A DNA stretch of 64,000 nucleotides, from IMG/VR virus record IMGVR_UViG_3300026382_000001, one strand, 5' to 3'. The stretch comes from a virus (lineage: Duplodnaviria; Heunggongvirae; Uroviricota; Caudoviricetes). The position numbers were made by a program, and so were the translations under genes. The first letter of the stretch is position 1; each line of letters starts with the position of its first letter. Shown here piece after piece: positions 1-9,393 of the stretch. The notes below the pieces were generated by a model. The model had not been told where the DNA came from, ran no database searches, and saw only the letters and a program-made list of their open reading frames with translations.

Positions 1-869
1 AATTCCTCTATATTATTAAAATAATATTGTGGTATTCTTATAAGTTTTATATTGTTCTTTCTACAATATTCATTTTTTATAAAATCTCTTTTTTGAATAA
101 TTTTAAAAGTTTTTTCTCCGCCAAAATATTTTATTGGTTTAAAATGTTGTTCTCCATCGAATTCAATAATTACGTTTAAATTTGGTAAATAAAAATCAAA
201 TGGTAAAACTTTTTTAAATTTACAATCTTTAAAAATTTTTTCCTGAATATAATTTATATTATTTTCTTCTAAATAATTTCTTATTTTATTTTCACCAAAC
301 GAATTTTTGCATTTCGGACAACCATTTCCATTTCTATGATTCATCGGCATTTGAAAGAATTTCCCATGTTCCGGACAGATAATTTCTACTTTAGTCGTAG
401 TATTTTCATATTGTACTTTTGAATAATCGTATTTATTCCCATGAACTTTTCTAAAATCTTTTATAACTTTATCTAAGTTTTTTCTAGATTTATCATTAGA
501 ACATTTTTGACAACCATACGATAAATGTCCATTTGGTTGTTGAAAAAAACTTCCATGTATCGTACAAATTATTTCGATCGGTGTTTTGGAATCTTTATAA
601 ATTACTTTCGAGTAATCGTATTTATTCCCATGAACATTTTTAAAATCTTCTATAACTTTATCTAAGTTTTTAAATTTATTAATTTTGGCACATTCTTGAC
701 ATCCATTTCCATACATATGATCTTTAGCCGTTTGTAAAAATTCGCCATGTATTGGACATATTATAATTAATTTATTAAAAATTCCAGTATATTTAGATTT
801 TGAATAATTATATTTATCTCCATGTTTATTTATAGAACGTTTTATAAATATTTTAGTATTTAAAGCCAT
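1..869 (-). CDS. Free-standing homing endonuclease (CPxHG/DUF723-type repeats plus Vsr/PD-(D/E)xK-like nuclease domain), 3' end runs off the window
   Basis: Not in the ORF track; read manually from ATG 869: MALNTKIF...HGDKYNYSK...ICPIHGEFLQ...GCQEC, three such repeats, then PFDFYLPNLNVIIEFDGEQHFKP; no stop before base 1. Confidence 0.85.
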   Translation of the reverse strand, partial: MALNTKIFIKRSINKHGDKYNYSKSKYTGIFNKLIIICPIHGEFLQTAKDHMYGNGCQECAKINKFKNLDKVIEDFKNVHGNKYDYSKVIYKDSKTPIEIICTIHGSFFQQPNGHLSYGCQKCSNDKSRKNLDKVIKDFRKVHGNKYDYSKVQYENTTTKVEIICPEHGKFFQMPMNHRNGNGCPKCKNSFGENKIRNYLEENNINYIQEKIFKDCKFKKVLPFDFYLPNLNVIIEFDGEQHFKPIKYFGGEKTFKIIQKRDFIKNEYCRKNNIKLIRIPQYYFNNIEE

Positions 870-878
870 ACCAGTATC

Positions 879-2093
879 CTATTTAGTAGCGTTATATAAC
901 CCTAATTGACTGTCAGTCTTTACACCCCAATTTTGTATATTTAAATTAGCAGGATTAACGAATTTCGTTTTATTAGTAGCACTAAAATTTTCAGAAGCTT
1001 CTTTAGCTGCTTCTTTAGAAAATAATGCCATTGCCGCTAGGATATCACCATCAGAGTTTTTCAATAATGGTAATCCGTCCAAATAAAAGTTATGAGCATT
1101 ATCATTTTCCATAACTAAATCAACCATTTTTAAATTATCTTGATTTACCTGAACTTTTTCAAATACTATATCAGTACACGGAATTAATTCAATTTCCCCA
1201 GAGTTTATACCAACTGGATCTAAATTATTTTCCATACTTCTAATATCATTTATATCATTATAAAATTTTAAGTACCTGGTTTTAATTTGACCATTTATTA
1301 TAAAATATTTTAAATTTCTAAATTTAAATTGTAAATCTTTTAAAATATCTAACTCATTTTCTTTTATTAATAATTTATATAAGTATGAACTGAACTTATA
1401 TCTTACTATAAAATTTTCATCTTTTTTACGAATACTATAACTAGCTTCCAAAAGATTAAAAATTAAACCAACGCTATATAAATTGATATTTTCTGGTATA
1501 ATTCCAGAATTTTTAAATAATTCTGTTAACCCTAATAAAAATTTATAATTTGAATTTACTAAAATACCTTTGTTAAAACTAACTTTATTATTTTTAAAAG
1601 TTATAAAATTACTTATGAATATTTTTTCAGTCTCGGTAAAATTTTTAGAAAATTGAAATGATTCATCAGAATAAAGTAAATGTATAATAATTTCTTTAGC
1701 AAAAGAATATGTTAATTTAATTTGAAATTCTTTATTATTATTTTTATCTTTAATAATTAAAATTTCATTATTTCTTTTTTGAAACGAGTACTTCCAAAAT
1801 AAAAAATAATTATCTGGATCACGTTGTATTTCTGTAACCGTTGGGGCCTGTAATTCTAAGGTTTCTTTATTAAGAGTGATTATAGATTCTTTTTCAGAAA
1901 TTCTAAAATCGGTTTTTTTATTAAAGAGACCTAAGTTAATTCTATTCTTATGAATTCCAAAATCATTCTTACTTAGGATTCGGTATTGTATTGGTACTTC
2001 GTGGATACTAGTACCAATAATTTCTTGAGTTATATTTTTAGTTTCATGTACTTTATTAATTGTTTCTGTACTTATGACTTTTTTAAAAGACAT
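879..2093 (-). CDS. rpoC: Intein C-terminal fragment (~346 aa) fused to a 58-aa RNA polymerase beta' active-site segment
   Basis: Intein block F/G-like VDLVMENDNAHNFYLDGLPLLKN followed by SDGDILAAMALFSKEAAKEA...NPAN...DSQLGLYNATK, colinear with bacterial beta' FDGDQMAVHVPL..EAQ.EA...SPANG...DVVLGLYYMT; own SD (AAGGA); no intein block A. Confidence 0.8.
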   Translation of the reverse strand: MSFKKVISTETINKVHETKNITQEIIGTSIHEVPIQYRILSKNDFGIHKNRINLGLFNKKTDFRISEKESIITLNKETLELQAPTVTEIQRDPDNYFLFWKYSFQKRNNEILIIKDKNNNKEFQIKLTYSFAKEIIIHLLYSDESFQFSKNFTETEKIFISNFITFKNNKVSFNKGILVNSNYKFLLGLTELFKNSGIIPENINLYSVGLIFNLLEASYSIRKKDENFIVRYKFSSYLYKLLIKENELDILKDLQFKFRNLKYFIINGQIKTRYLKFYNDINDIRSMENNLDPVGINSGEIELIPCTDIVFEKVQVNQDNLKMVDLVMENDNAHNFYLDGLPLLKNSDGDILAAMALFSKEAAKEASENFSATNKTKFVNPANLNIQNWGVKTDSQLGLYNATK

Positions 2094-2151
2094 TTTTGTT
2101 TCCTTTATTTCGTTGTAAAATCTTCTTGTTTCTTATTCATTAATATATCTA

Positions 2152-3045
2152 TTAAGCTGTATATCTACTAGCAGCTACTTGATTATTATTTCCATGTAGT
2201 ATATGTTGACCCTGTCCACCAATAAGTCCAGAAGCTTTCCATAATGATTGATCATTATTTCCAAATACTTTTAAATCATTTCTACGTTTATTAATACTTT
2301 GATTTACTTCTTGAGCGTTTTGTGATTTATAATCAGCTAACCCCACATTTTGTCCATTATTGAAATTATCTACTTCTCTTTGAGTATATAAATTTGCATC
2401 TACCTGTGCTTGTTGAACAGTCGGAGAATTTAATTTTTCCGTCATTGGATTAAATTTTTTATCTTTATTAGCATTTAATAAATTTTTTCTTTGATCATTT
2501 GGCATACTTTCAAAAGATTTTACTCTTTCATTTGTAATTCTGGTATTTGGATCAATTCCTTCTGGTATTTTCTTACCTTGTATTTCGGCATACTTTTTAG
2601 CTGGAATATCAATTGAATTTGAGTATTGTTGTGTTTTCAGAAGTTTTCTTTTTGTATCCTCAATATTTCTATATTTTTCAATATTTTCGCTATGGTCATC
2701 TATTTTAGATTGGATACCTTTCAATACCTTTTCTTTTCTTTTAGAATTTTCGATATTATAAGTTTCGTAATTTTTATTATCTTTACTATATACTGGATCA
2801 TAAGAACTATTTTTTCTAATATTATATTGAGTTTGAATTTTTTTCATATTTTGTTCTGAACTTTTTCTTAATTTCTTTGTACTTAATAAAGATTTAAAAC
2901 CACTTGATAAAGTAGCAGCTAATTTAGAGCGATTTTCATTTTTCACTGGTTTAAGTTTACCTTTAGTACCAACCGTCTTTTTAAACCAAGCTCCCGGCCG
3001 TTGAATTTCTTCAATTAATGAACTTTTATTTATATTTAATATCAT
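2152..3045 (-). CDS. Basic hypothetical protein, possible internal virion protein
   Basis: 297-aa K/N/Q-rich ORF with SD; N-terminal MILNINKSSLIEE motif shared with neighbours. Confidence 0.6.
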   Translation of the reverse strand: MILNINKSSLIEEIQRPGAWFKKTVGTKGKLKPVKNENRSKLAATLSSGFKSLLSTKKLRKSSEQNMKKIQTQYNIRKNSSYDPVYSKDNKNYETYNIENSKRKEKVLKGIQSKIDDHSENIEKYRNIEDTKRKLLKTQQYSNSIDIPAKKYAEIQGKKIPEGIDPNTRITNERVKSFESMPNDQRKNLLNANKDKKFNPMTEKLNSPTVQQAQVDANLYTQREVDNFNNGQNVGLADYKSQNAQEVNQSINKRRNDLKVFGNNDQSLWKASGLIGGQGQHILHGNNNQVAASRYTA

Positions 3046-3100
3046 ATTTTTTTCCTATAATTAATATCCTTTTGTTCTCGTTTTCTATTCGGTTCCTTTA

Positions 3101-3114
3101 TTTAACGACAGGAA
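3101..3114 (-). promoter_or_regulatory. Conserved intergenic motif TTCCTGTCGTTAAA, copy 1
   Basis: Identical 14-mer at 23024 and 56458, each immediately after a hairpin and ahead of a gene. Confidence 0.5.
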
Positions 3115-3143
3115 AATTTGAGGAATTAATTCCTCAAATTTTC
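3112..3143. terminator. Palindromic hairpin, probable intrinsic terminator
   Basis: GAAAATTTGAGG-AATTAATT-CCTCAAATTTTC downstream of ORF 3177..3668. Confidence 0.55.
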
Positions 3144-3176
3144 TATATTCCTTCAATTCCCATAATAAATCCTTTA

Positions 3177-3668
3177 TTATGAAATGGTTGTAAATGAATT
3201 TTTAGAAAAACATATTGGACATAAGAGATCCAAATCATTATCTAAAAAATATTTGTAGGTTTTTTGATAAGCATTTGTGTACTTATCATCCGTAACATCA
3301 TCATTTCCCTGATCATCTTTTGAAACTACTTTACCATCTCTAAATGGATAGAGTTGATTAATATTTGCTTTATAAGCACATGCTTTACAAAAAATAATAT
3401 CAGTATTCTCTTCTAAATCATAAGATGTTAGCCAACTATCGGGGATAGTTATATTAGTGTACATCATATTTTCTGGAAAGAAATCAAACGAAAATTGCTG
3501 TTGAACATTTCCATCTTTGTCATAGTACTGATAAACTTTAAAATCTGTTGGAGTAATTGTTTTACCCCCGTAAGTTCTAAAGAAATTTTCTAGTCTATCT
3601 TCAATACCAGCGCTAATACCTTTAGCGTCTTGAATTAAAGTACTAGTATCTTTTAAAGTTATTTTCAT
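3177..3668 (-). CDS. Hypothetical protein with C-terminal zinc ribbon
   Basis: CKAC...CPIC pair; SD present. Confidence 0.6.
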   Translation of the reverse strand: MKITLKDTSTLIQDAKGISAGIEDRLENFFRTYGGKTITPTDFKVYQYYDKDGNVQQQFSFDFFPENMMYTNITIPDSWLTSYDLEENTDIIFCKACAYKANINQLYPFRDGKVVSKDDQGNDDVTDDKYTNAYQKTYKYFLDNDLDLLCPICFSKNSFTTIS

Positions 3669-3686
3669 AACACTTCCTTCGTTTTA

Positions 3687-4421
3687 TTAATTTATTAAAT
3701 TTAAATAATCTTTTTCAATATATTTTCTAAATAAATTTACAAGTTTTTCTAAATCTGTATTTTGAATAACTGATTTATAAATTTTGTAATAATTATTTTG
3801 GGTATTGACATGATCTTCAAATATATCTCTTGAATCTTCTAAAGTATTTTTCTTACTTAGTTCCATAACTTCATCTATTATATTGATAAAATTACTCATC
3901 TTTTTAATTTTTTTATCTAATTGTTCTAAAAGTAAATCTTTTATTTTATAAATATTATCATTATCGTAATCAAGTACTCTATATAAAATAGTTTCGCTTG
4001 GTGTATTAAAAGTATCTTCTAGTACTAATGAATCACTTGGGTTTAGTGTACTTAACGTATTATAATCTTTTAGAATAGGTTTTAAAATTTCATATGGCAG
4101 TATTTGCATAAAAAATAATATAAATTTTTTGAGAAATATTTTTTTCTCGTATTCGTTTTTATGAGTTAAATAATTTATATCTATATTTAAATAATTTTCG
4201 TTTACTTCGTTAATAAATTTTTCTATTAATTCATTAGAAGCAAATTCAAATTCATCTGGTTGTAGTTTTTCTATGTCACCTTCAAATAAATAATAGTTAA
4301 AATTTTTAATATCCGTATCTAATAAAAATTTACTTTCAGATAGAATATCCTCCAAAGTTGGAAGATATTCTTGAGTTGGCAAATTATTATCAGACGTGTC
4401 TGTATTTGAATAAAATATCAT
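3687..4421 (-). CDS. Hypothetical protein
   Basis: 244-aa ORF, SD AAGGA, upstream TATAGATAT motif. Confidence 0.6.
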   Translation of the reverse strand: MIFYSNTDTSDNNLPTQEYLPTLEDILSESKFLLDTDIKNFNYYLFEGDIEKLQPDEFEFASNELIEKFINEVNENYLNIDINYLTHKNEYEKKIFLKKFILFFMQILPYEILKPILKDYNTLSTLNPSDSLVLEDTFNTPSETILYRVLDYDNDNIYKIKDLLLEQLDKKIKKMSNFINIIDEVMELSKKNTLEDSRDIFEDHVNTQNNYYKIYKSVIQNTDLEKLVNLFRKYIEKDYLNLIN

Positions 4422-4474
4422 AATTGTTCCTTAATTTCTTGTCTGATCATTAACTATATCTATACTTTAATACT

Positions 4475-5002
4475 TTAAGCTACGGATTTTTTTATAGTTT
4501 CTAAATCGACTTCGGTATAATTATGATGTTTATCTTTTAATTTTAAAACGCGTTTATTATTACCTTTTTGTGCTGCAACATGTACCCAACCAGTTGGAAA
4601 ATATTCTCCAATAAGTTCTTTATAATTTAATTCTTTTTCAATGTATTCTAATACATCAAATAAAGAGATACTTTTATTATATGGTTCAATATCAGCAGCT
4701 AAACCATAAGCATGATTACTATGACTATTACTTCCAATAGCCAAACATAGTTCTACACTTCTATACCCTGAATTAATTTTAATTGGACCAAATTTATCTC
4801 TAACTGGTTGAATAACCGTGTCTACCAAATATTGAATTCTTGGAAGATATTCTCTTGGTATATCGTTATCGATACCTTTTCTAAGAGCTGTGCTACTGTA
4901 CATAAATTCGCTTAATTTAAAATTTTTTGATAATTTAATAGTTAAAGCTTCACTATATTTAATAACATCTTTAATATCTAATTCTTTTTCTATATTTACC
5001 AT
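4475..5002 (-). CDS. Peptidase M15-family endolysin
   Basis: LSKNFKLSEF, INSGYRS, SNHAYGLAADI, WVHV motifs. Confidence 0.85.
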   Translation of the reverse strand: MVNIEKELDIKDVIKYSEALTIKLSKNFKLSEFMYSSTALRKGIDNDIPREYLPRIQYLVDTVIQPVRDKFGPIKINSGYRSVELCLAIGSNSHSNHAYGLAADIEPYNKSISLFDVLEYIEKELNYKELIGEYFPTGWVHVAAQKGNNKRVLKLKDKHHNYTEVDLETIKKSVA

Positions 5003-5700
5003 AATGGTTCCTTTAATTCGGTATTTGTTTTATTTTTGTAAAGAGTTTTTCTATAAAAATTACATAATTCATTGGAAATTTTATAATTTATTGGATCTTT
5101 ATTAAATAATGAATTTTCATTATTTAAAAATAAATAACATTCCATATCTTTATCTAAATAAATAATAGTTTTTAAAAATTTAGTTGGAACTGCTATTTTA
5201 TGTTTACCAATTCTTTTAATTGGTTCTTCAAAAAATATATAATTTTCAATTTTTAATTTTTTATAAATTATTACCTGATATCGTACATACGCTTCTAAAT
5301 ATTTCCAAACTTTTCTATTAAGATTTGGTAATTGTGGAGTTATATTTGACATAATATAAACATTTTTTAATACAGTTTGATTATAATCGAATAAGGCATC
5401 TGGTGCCATATGTCCTCTATCGTAACCAGAATGCGTGTAATCCGATGTATAAGATCTATATTTTTTAGGAATTTTTTTATCTGATCTAAATCCTGGACGT
5501 TTCGTAATATTCAATTTATTTGTATTTTCATCAAATATTGTATACTGTACTTTAACTGGTTCTTTATATTTATAGTTGTAATAAATTATATATGGATGTT
5601 CTTTAGTACTTGGGATAATTTGATCATATACTTCCGCATGTATAATAGTTCCCAAAAACATTACTGCAACAAATGGAATAATTTTTAAATATTTTTTCAT
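4996..5700 (-). CDS. Secreted DNA/RNA non-specific endonuclease (NucA/EndoG family)
   Basis: Signal peptide; YDRGHMAP, MSNITPQ..LNR..W..LE, IAVP motifs. Confidence 0.9.
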   Translation of the reverse strand: MKKYLKIIPFVAVMFLGTIIHAEVYDQIIPSTKEHPYIIYYNYKYKEPVKVQYTIFDENTNKLNITKRPGFRSDKKIPKKYRSYTSDYTHSGYDRGHMAPDALFDYNQTVLKNVYIMSNITPQLPNLNRKVWKYLEAYVRYQVIIYKKLKIENYIFFEEPIKRIGKHKIAVPTKFLKTIIYLDKDMECYLFLNNENSLFNKDPINYKISNELCNFYRKTLYKNKTNTELKEPLW

Positions 5701-5702
5701 AA

Positions 5703-6158
5703 TTATCCTTGAACCGATTGTTGGCCAGTTTTAGTCAATGAATAATTTTTAACAGCTTTCTCAACACTTCTACCAACTACATAACCACCAAGACCTATTT
5801 TCAGAAGTGCCCACATATCTGGCGGAATTTCTAAAGCTTGTGCGCCTACACCAAACATACTAAGATATGGATAAATAATATAATTATTAGCGATAATAAA
5901 AACGAATGTTAACATAGTAAGTGGTCTCCAATTTCTAGCTAACCAAGATTCACTTTGGGCTTCTGCTTTAACTATACCACCTTGTTGTTTAATAATTTCA
6001 GTATGATAATTTTGCAAAGATTCCTGCATCTTTAATTGATATTGTTGAATACCTGCTTCCAACTTAGCTTTTTGCTCTGGACTTAAATCTGGGGGAAAAT
6101 AAGATTTAATTAAATCACCACCAGTTTTAATAATGTCCCCAATAAATGGAATTGTCAT
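5703..6158 (-). CDS. Holin (3TM / GTA-holin type)
   Basis: EAQSESWLARNWRP, hydrophobic helices, LGGYVVGRSVEK signature; next to endolysin. Confidence 0.85.
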   Translation of the reverse strand: MTIPFIGDIIKTGGDLIKSYFPPDLSPEQKAKLEAGIQQYQLKMQESLQNYHTEIIKQQGGIVKAEAQSESWLARNWRPLTMLTFVFIIANNYIIYPYLSMFGVGAQALEIPPDMWALLKIGLGGYVVGRSVEKAVKNYSLTKTGQQSVQG

Positions 6159-6476
6159 TTTTGGTTCCTTTATTTATATTCTATTGTATTTATATGAGTT
6201 AGCTCATATCCATAAGAATGATATTCTAAGTATTTATTCTCAAATAATTCTAGAATCTTTTTTTCGGCTTCCCATATATCAAAAGATTCTACATTAATAA
6301 CCAAACTTTGATTATCTTTGCTTATTAGTTTTCCTTGAAATTTCATACCATTTCCTTTTAATTAAATAAATTTGGAATATCAATTAATGGTGTTCCATCT
6401 AAATAAGCACCAAGTACCACAAGGACACTTATCGCAACTACTATTATAATTTTTGTACTAACATTCATATTAATCC

Positions 6477-6797
6477 TTATACCAATATATCTAGTTTTTT
6501 GTATTTTGGTTTTTCTTTTTTAGTTTTTTCTTTTATAGTTTTTTCTTTTATAATTTCTCTAGCCGAGTTAGAGATACCGGAAATAGTCTGTTTATCGAAC
6601 TTAATTATTTTATCTTTTTTAGGTTTAACTTCTTTAGGAGTTCCAATATTATCATTGGTTGATAAACCTTTCATTAATTTTTTTAAATTATTTGGATTAT
6701 CCCTAACTTTTGAAATAACTACTGCTTTAGTAAGAGCTTTTTCTAATCTTCTAGAAGCTTCCTCTAAAATTATTTTTTTATCTATTTTATAAATCAT
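6477..6797 (-). CDS. Lysine-rich hypothetical protein, possible internal virion protein
   Basis: N-terminal MIYKIDKKIILEE motif. Confidence 0.55.
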   Translation of the reverse strand: MIYKIDKKIILEEASRRLEKALTKAVVISKVRDNPNNLKKLMKGLSTNDNIGTPKEVKPKKDKIIKFDKQTISGISNSAREIIKEKTIKEKTKKEKPKYKKLDILV

Positions 6798-7461
6798 TTA
6801 AAATTTCCTTTTCCTTTTTTGCCTTTTTTTGTTGTTGTTTTTCAGCTTTTGCTAAGGCTTTATCAGTTTCAAGATCTTTAATATCACCCATGATTCGTTG
6901 AACTTCATCATTCATATAAGTAAATTTAGGTATCTTTTTTCGTCTTGGGTATAATTCTAAATAATATTTATTTATTTTATTCTGCTCTGATTTTTTAATT
7001 TTAATACGTTTAGGTACTTCATTAGGATGAATATAATAAATATCTGTATTATCATACGTTTCCACATAATCACCATTTTCTAAATAATCAGCAGTATTTC
7101 TTAAAAATTCTGGTAAAGATATTGGATGTTTTGATTCATCCGAACCAAAGTATCTTTTAAAAGCATTTTCCATTTTACCAGCCAAAGCATTTGCTCTAAA
7201 ATCTAAAAAGGTTCTGATAGTACCTTTATTAGGTCCAGGAAAATCTGATTTCAGTTTATGTTTATGGTCTAAAACTGCCTTATCTAAGGGAATTTCTATT
7301 CCAAGAATAGGACAAATTTTATTTTGTCGTTTCCAAATTCTTTCTTTAAGTACTTTAATATCTTTCGATTTCATATAAATTAATTTAATATCATTATCAT
7401 AATCTATAATTTCATTATCTTTAAATTCCGGATTTAGTTTTTGTAATTCTTGATTTGCCAT
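6787..7461 (-). CDS. Recombination endonuclease VII-like (T4 gp49 family)
   Basis: Q...CPILG...VLDHKH...G.IR..L...AN...GK.EN pattern. Confidence 0.75.
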   Translation of the reverse strand: MANQELQKLNPEFKDNEIIDYDNDIKLIYMKSKDIKVLKERIWKRQNKICPILGIEIPLDKAVLDHKHKLKSDFPGPNKGTIRTFLDFRANALAGKMENAFKRYFGSDESKHPISLPEFLRNTADYLENGDYVETYDNTDIYYIHPNEVPKRIKIKKSEQNKINKYYLELYPRRKKIPKFTYMNDEVQRIMGDIKDLETDKALAKAEKQQQKKAKKEKEILNDL

Positions 7462-7491
7462 TTTATTTCCATTTAATTAATTTTTATTATT

Positions 7492-7731
7492 TTATTGGGC
7501 CTGTTTTAGTCTTGGATCGTTTAATGTTTTATATATCGAACCACCTAAAAAAGAACCAGTTATAATACCAGGAACTGCTGTAAATGGCATATAATTACCA
7601 TCATTTAATGCCATCGCTGTACCAACAGTAGCAGCTCCACCAAGTAATGCTCCACCCATATTGGAGGCCATTAAACCTTCTTTATTACCAAGTTCTTCTA
7701 AAACGACTTGTTTATTTATATCTATTTTCAT
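7492..7731 (-). CDS. Small glycine-zipper membrane/virion protein
   Basis: Start moved to ATG 7731 (SD AAGGA); MKIDINKQVVLEE then GGALLGGAATVG. Confidence 0.6.
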   Translation of the reverse strand: MKIDINKQVVLEELGNKEGLMASNMGGALLGGAATVGTAMALNDGNYMPFTAVPGIITGSFLGGSIYKTLNDPRLKQAQ

Positions 7732-7741
7732 ATTATTTTCC

Positions 7742-7945
7742 TTATTTCCAATTACAATCACACTTATTATTAAATACATTATTCCAGTAAATACTTACGT
7801 ATCTTTGACGTAAACGAGTATATTTATATTCATGAAAATTATTTCTATTGTTTATTTTTTCATATTTATCTAATTCTTTTTCTAAACCATAATAAGTTCT
7901 TGGTATTTTTATAAAAATACCGTAAATCTTATTTAAAAAATTCAT
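7742..7945 (-). CDS. Hypothetical protein
   Basis: 67-aa ORF tightly packed in the minus-strand operon. Confidence 0.45.
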   Translation of the reverse strand: MNFLNKIYGIFIKIPRTYYGLEKELDKYEKINNRNNFHEYKYTRLRQRYVSIYWNNVFNNKCDCNWK

Positions 7946-7946
7946 T

Positions 7947-8360
7947 TTAATTTCCTAGAATTGTACTAAGTTTTTCCTGAAGTACTTGTGGAGTAAAGGG
8001 TTTAACTATATAATTATTAACTCCGGCTTTAAGAGCTTGAATAACTGAAGATTTACCACCTTCCGTAGTAATCATTATAATTGGGATATTGCTGTACTGA
8101 TCTGCTTTACGAATTAACTTTACTAATTCTAAACCATTTCTATTTGGCATATTCCAATCTGTCATTATAATATCATAAGGTACTTCTTCTCCAGATGTTA
8201 AATCTAAATGAGGGTTTTGTAATAAATCCCATGCTTCTATACCATCTAAAGCTGTATCAATATTTTCTTTTGGTATACCAACTCTTATTAAAGAATTTGT
8301 AATAATTCTAAGCATCGTTTTAGAATCATCAACTACTAAAATTTTTAAATCTTTATTCAT
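7947..8360 (-). CDS. cheY: CheY-like single-domain response regulator
   Basis: ILVVDDS...TDWNMP..NGLELVK...PIIMITTEGGK..VI.ALKAGVNNYIVKPFTPQVL.EKL, closely resembling epsilonproteobacterial CheY; phospho-acceptor Asp, Thr and Lys retained. Confidence 0.9.
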   Translation of the reverse strand: MNKDLKILVVDDSKTMLRIITNSLIRVGIPKENIDTALDGIEAWDLLQNPHLDLTSGEEVPYDIIMTDWNMPNRNGLELVKLIRKADQYSNIPIIMITTEGGKSSVIQALKAGVNNYIVKPFTPQVLQEKLSTILGN

Positions 8361-8364
8361 TTAA

Positions 8365-8961
8365 TTATCCTGTACTATCTATAAAATTAATTATCGATTG
8401 AGGTATTTTATCAAAGCTATCATAACTTTTAGAGCGGGCTCTATGTGTTGTTATAAAGAACTTTCCTGTTGGTTTACCTCGCTTAAGTTCTTCTTTACAA
8501 CTAAACCCTTTCTTTTCTTTAATACCTGTACATCGTACAATTTGAGACTTTTCTGGTTTACTTTCAGAAGCTTCTGTTAAAACTGTTTTATTTTCGTTTG
8601 GTTTTTTAGAAAATACTTCTTTAAATTTTTCTTTATTTTTAATGGTTGTTGGATGATTATCACCTAATCTTTTATTTTGATTATCCACTGCTTTAATAAG
8701 TTTTCTAGAAATTTTAAAAACTTTAGAAGCTTCTGTAAAATATTTTTTAGATTTATATACTCCTGCAGCTCCACCAAGGGCTGCTCCAACACCAGCACCA
8801 CCAAAAGGATTACCTAGAACTTCACCAGTTAATGCACCAATAGTACCACCAGCTATAGTTGTACCAAGTGTTAGTCCAAGAGCTTTTCCTTGAGCATTTG
8901 GATTTTTTAGATTATTAACATACTCTAAAAAATTTTTTTTATTTAATAATATTTTTGCCAT
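8365..8961 (-). CDS. Glycine-zipper protein, possible virion/ejection protein
   Basis: MAKILLNKKNFLE start; GTTIAGGTIGALTG...GAGVGAALGGAAG. Confidence 0.6.
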   Translation of the reverse strand: MAKILLNKKNFLEYVNNLKNPNAQGKALGLTLGTTIAGGTIGALTGEVLGNPFGGAGVGAALGGAAGVYKSKKYFTEASKVFKISRKLIKAVDNQNKRLGDNHPTTIKNKEKFKEVFSKKPNENKTVLTEASESKPEKSQIVRCTGIKEKKGFSCKEELKRGKPTGKFFITTHRARSKSYDSFDKIPQSIINFIDSTG

Positions 8962-8970
8962 AATTTTACC

Positions 8971-9393
8971 TTATTTATATATACTGTTTTTTTCACCAAT
9001 TACTTTTTTATGAAGATTTGGTAAATGTTTATTAGCCTTATCCGACGTATACCAAGCAGTAGCAATTGCTGGAATAGATGCCGCTAACTTAGAACTATCA
9101 CTATCTATATCCATATCCATACCATTATCAACTGCTATATCCTGAGCTCCTCTGGCTACTCCGTATGCTAAACCACCTAAAGTTAATTTAGTCAAGGCTT
9201 GAGTTCCCATACGTAATCCAAGATCTTGGGCAATTGCTATATCATCTTTACTATATTTTGGCTTTAAAGTTCCTAAATCGCTGTAACTTTTTACGGCAAA
9301 TGTTGGTAAAGGACTTTCGTGAAATCCTTTATTGACTCCTATCATAAAACCAGAACTTTCAAGAAGTTCTTTTTTATTTATATTTATTTTCAT
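8971..9393 (-). CDS. Hypothetical protein, possible virion protein
   Basis: Probable start ATG 9393, MKININKKELLES; Gly/Ala-rich hydrophobic segments. Confidence 0.55.
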   Translation of the reverse strand: MKININKKELLESSGFMIGVNKGFHESPLPTFAVKSYSDLGTLKPKYSKDDIAIAQDLGLRMGTQALTKLTLGGLAYGVARGAQDIAVDNGMDMDIDSDSSKLAASIPAIATAWYTSDKANKHLPNLHKKVIGEKNSIYK

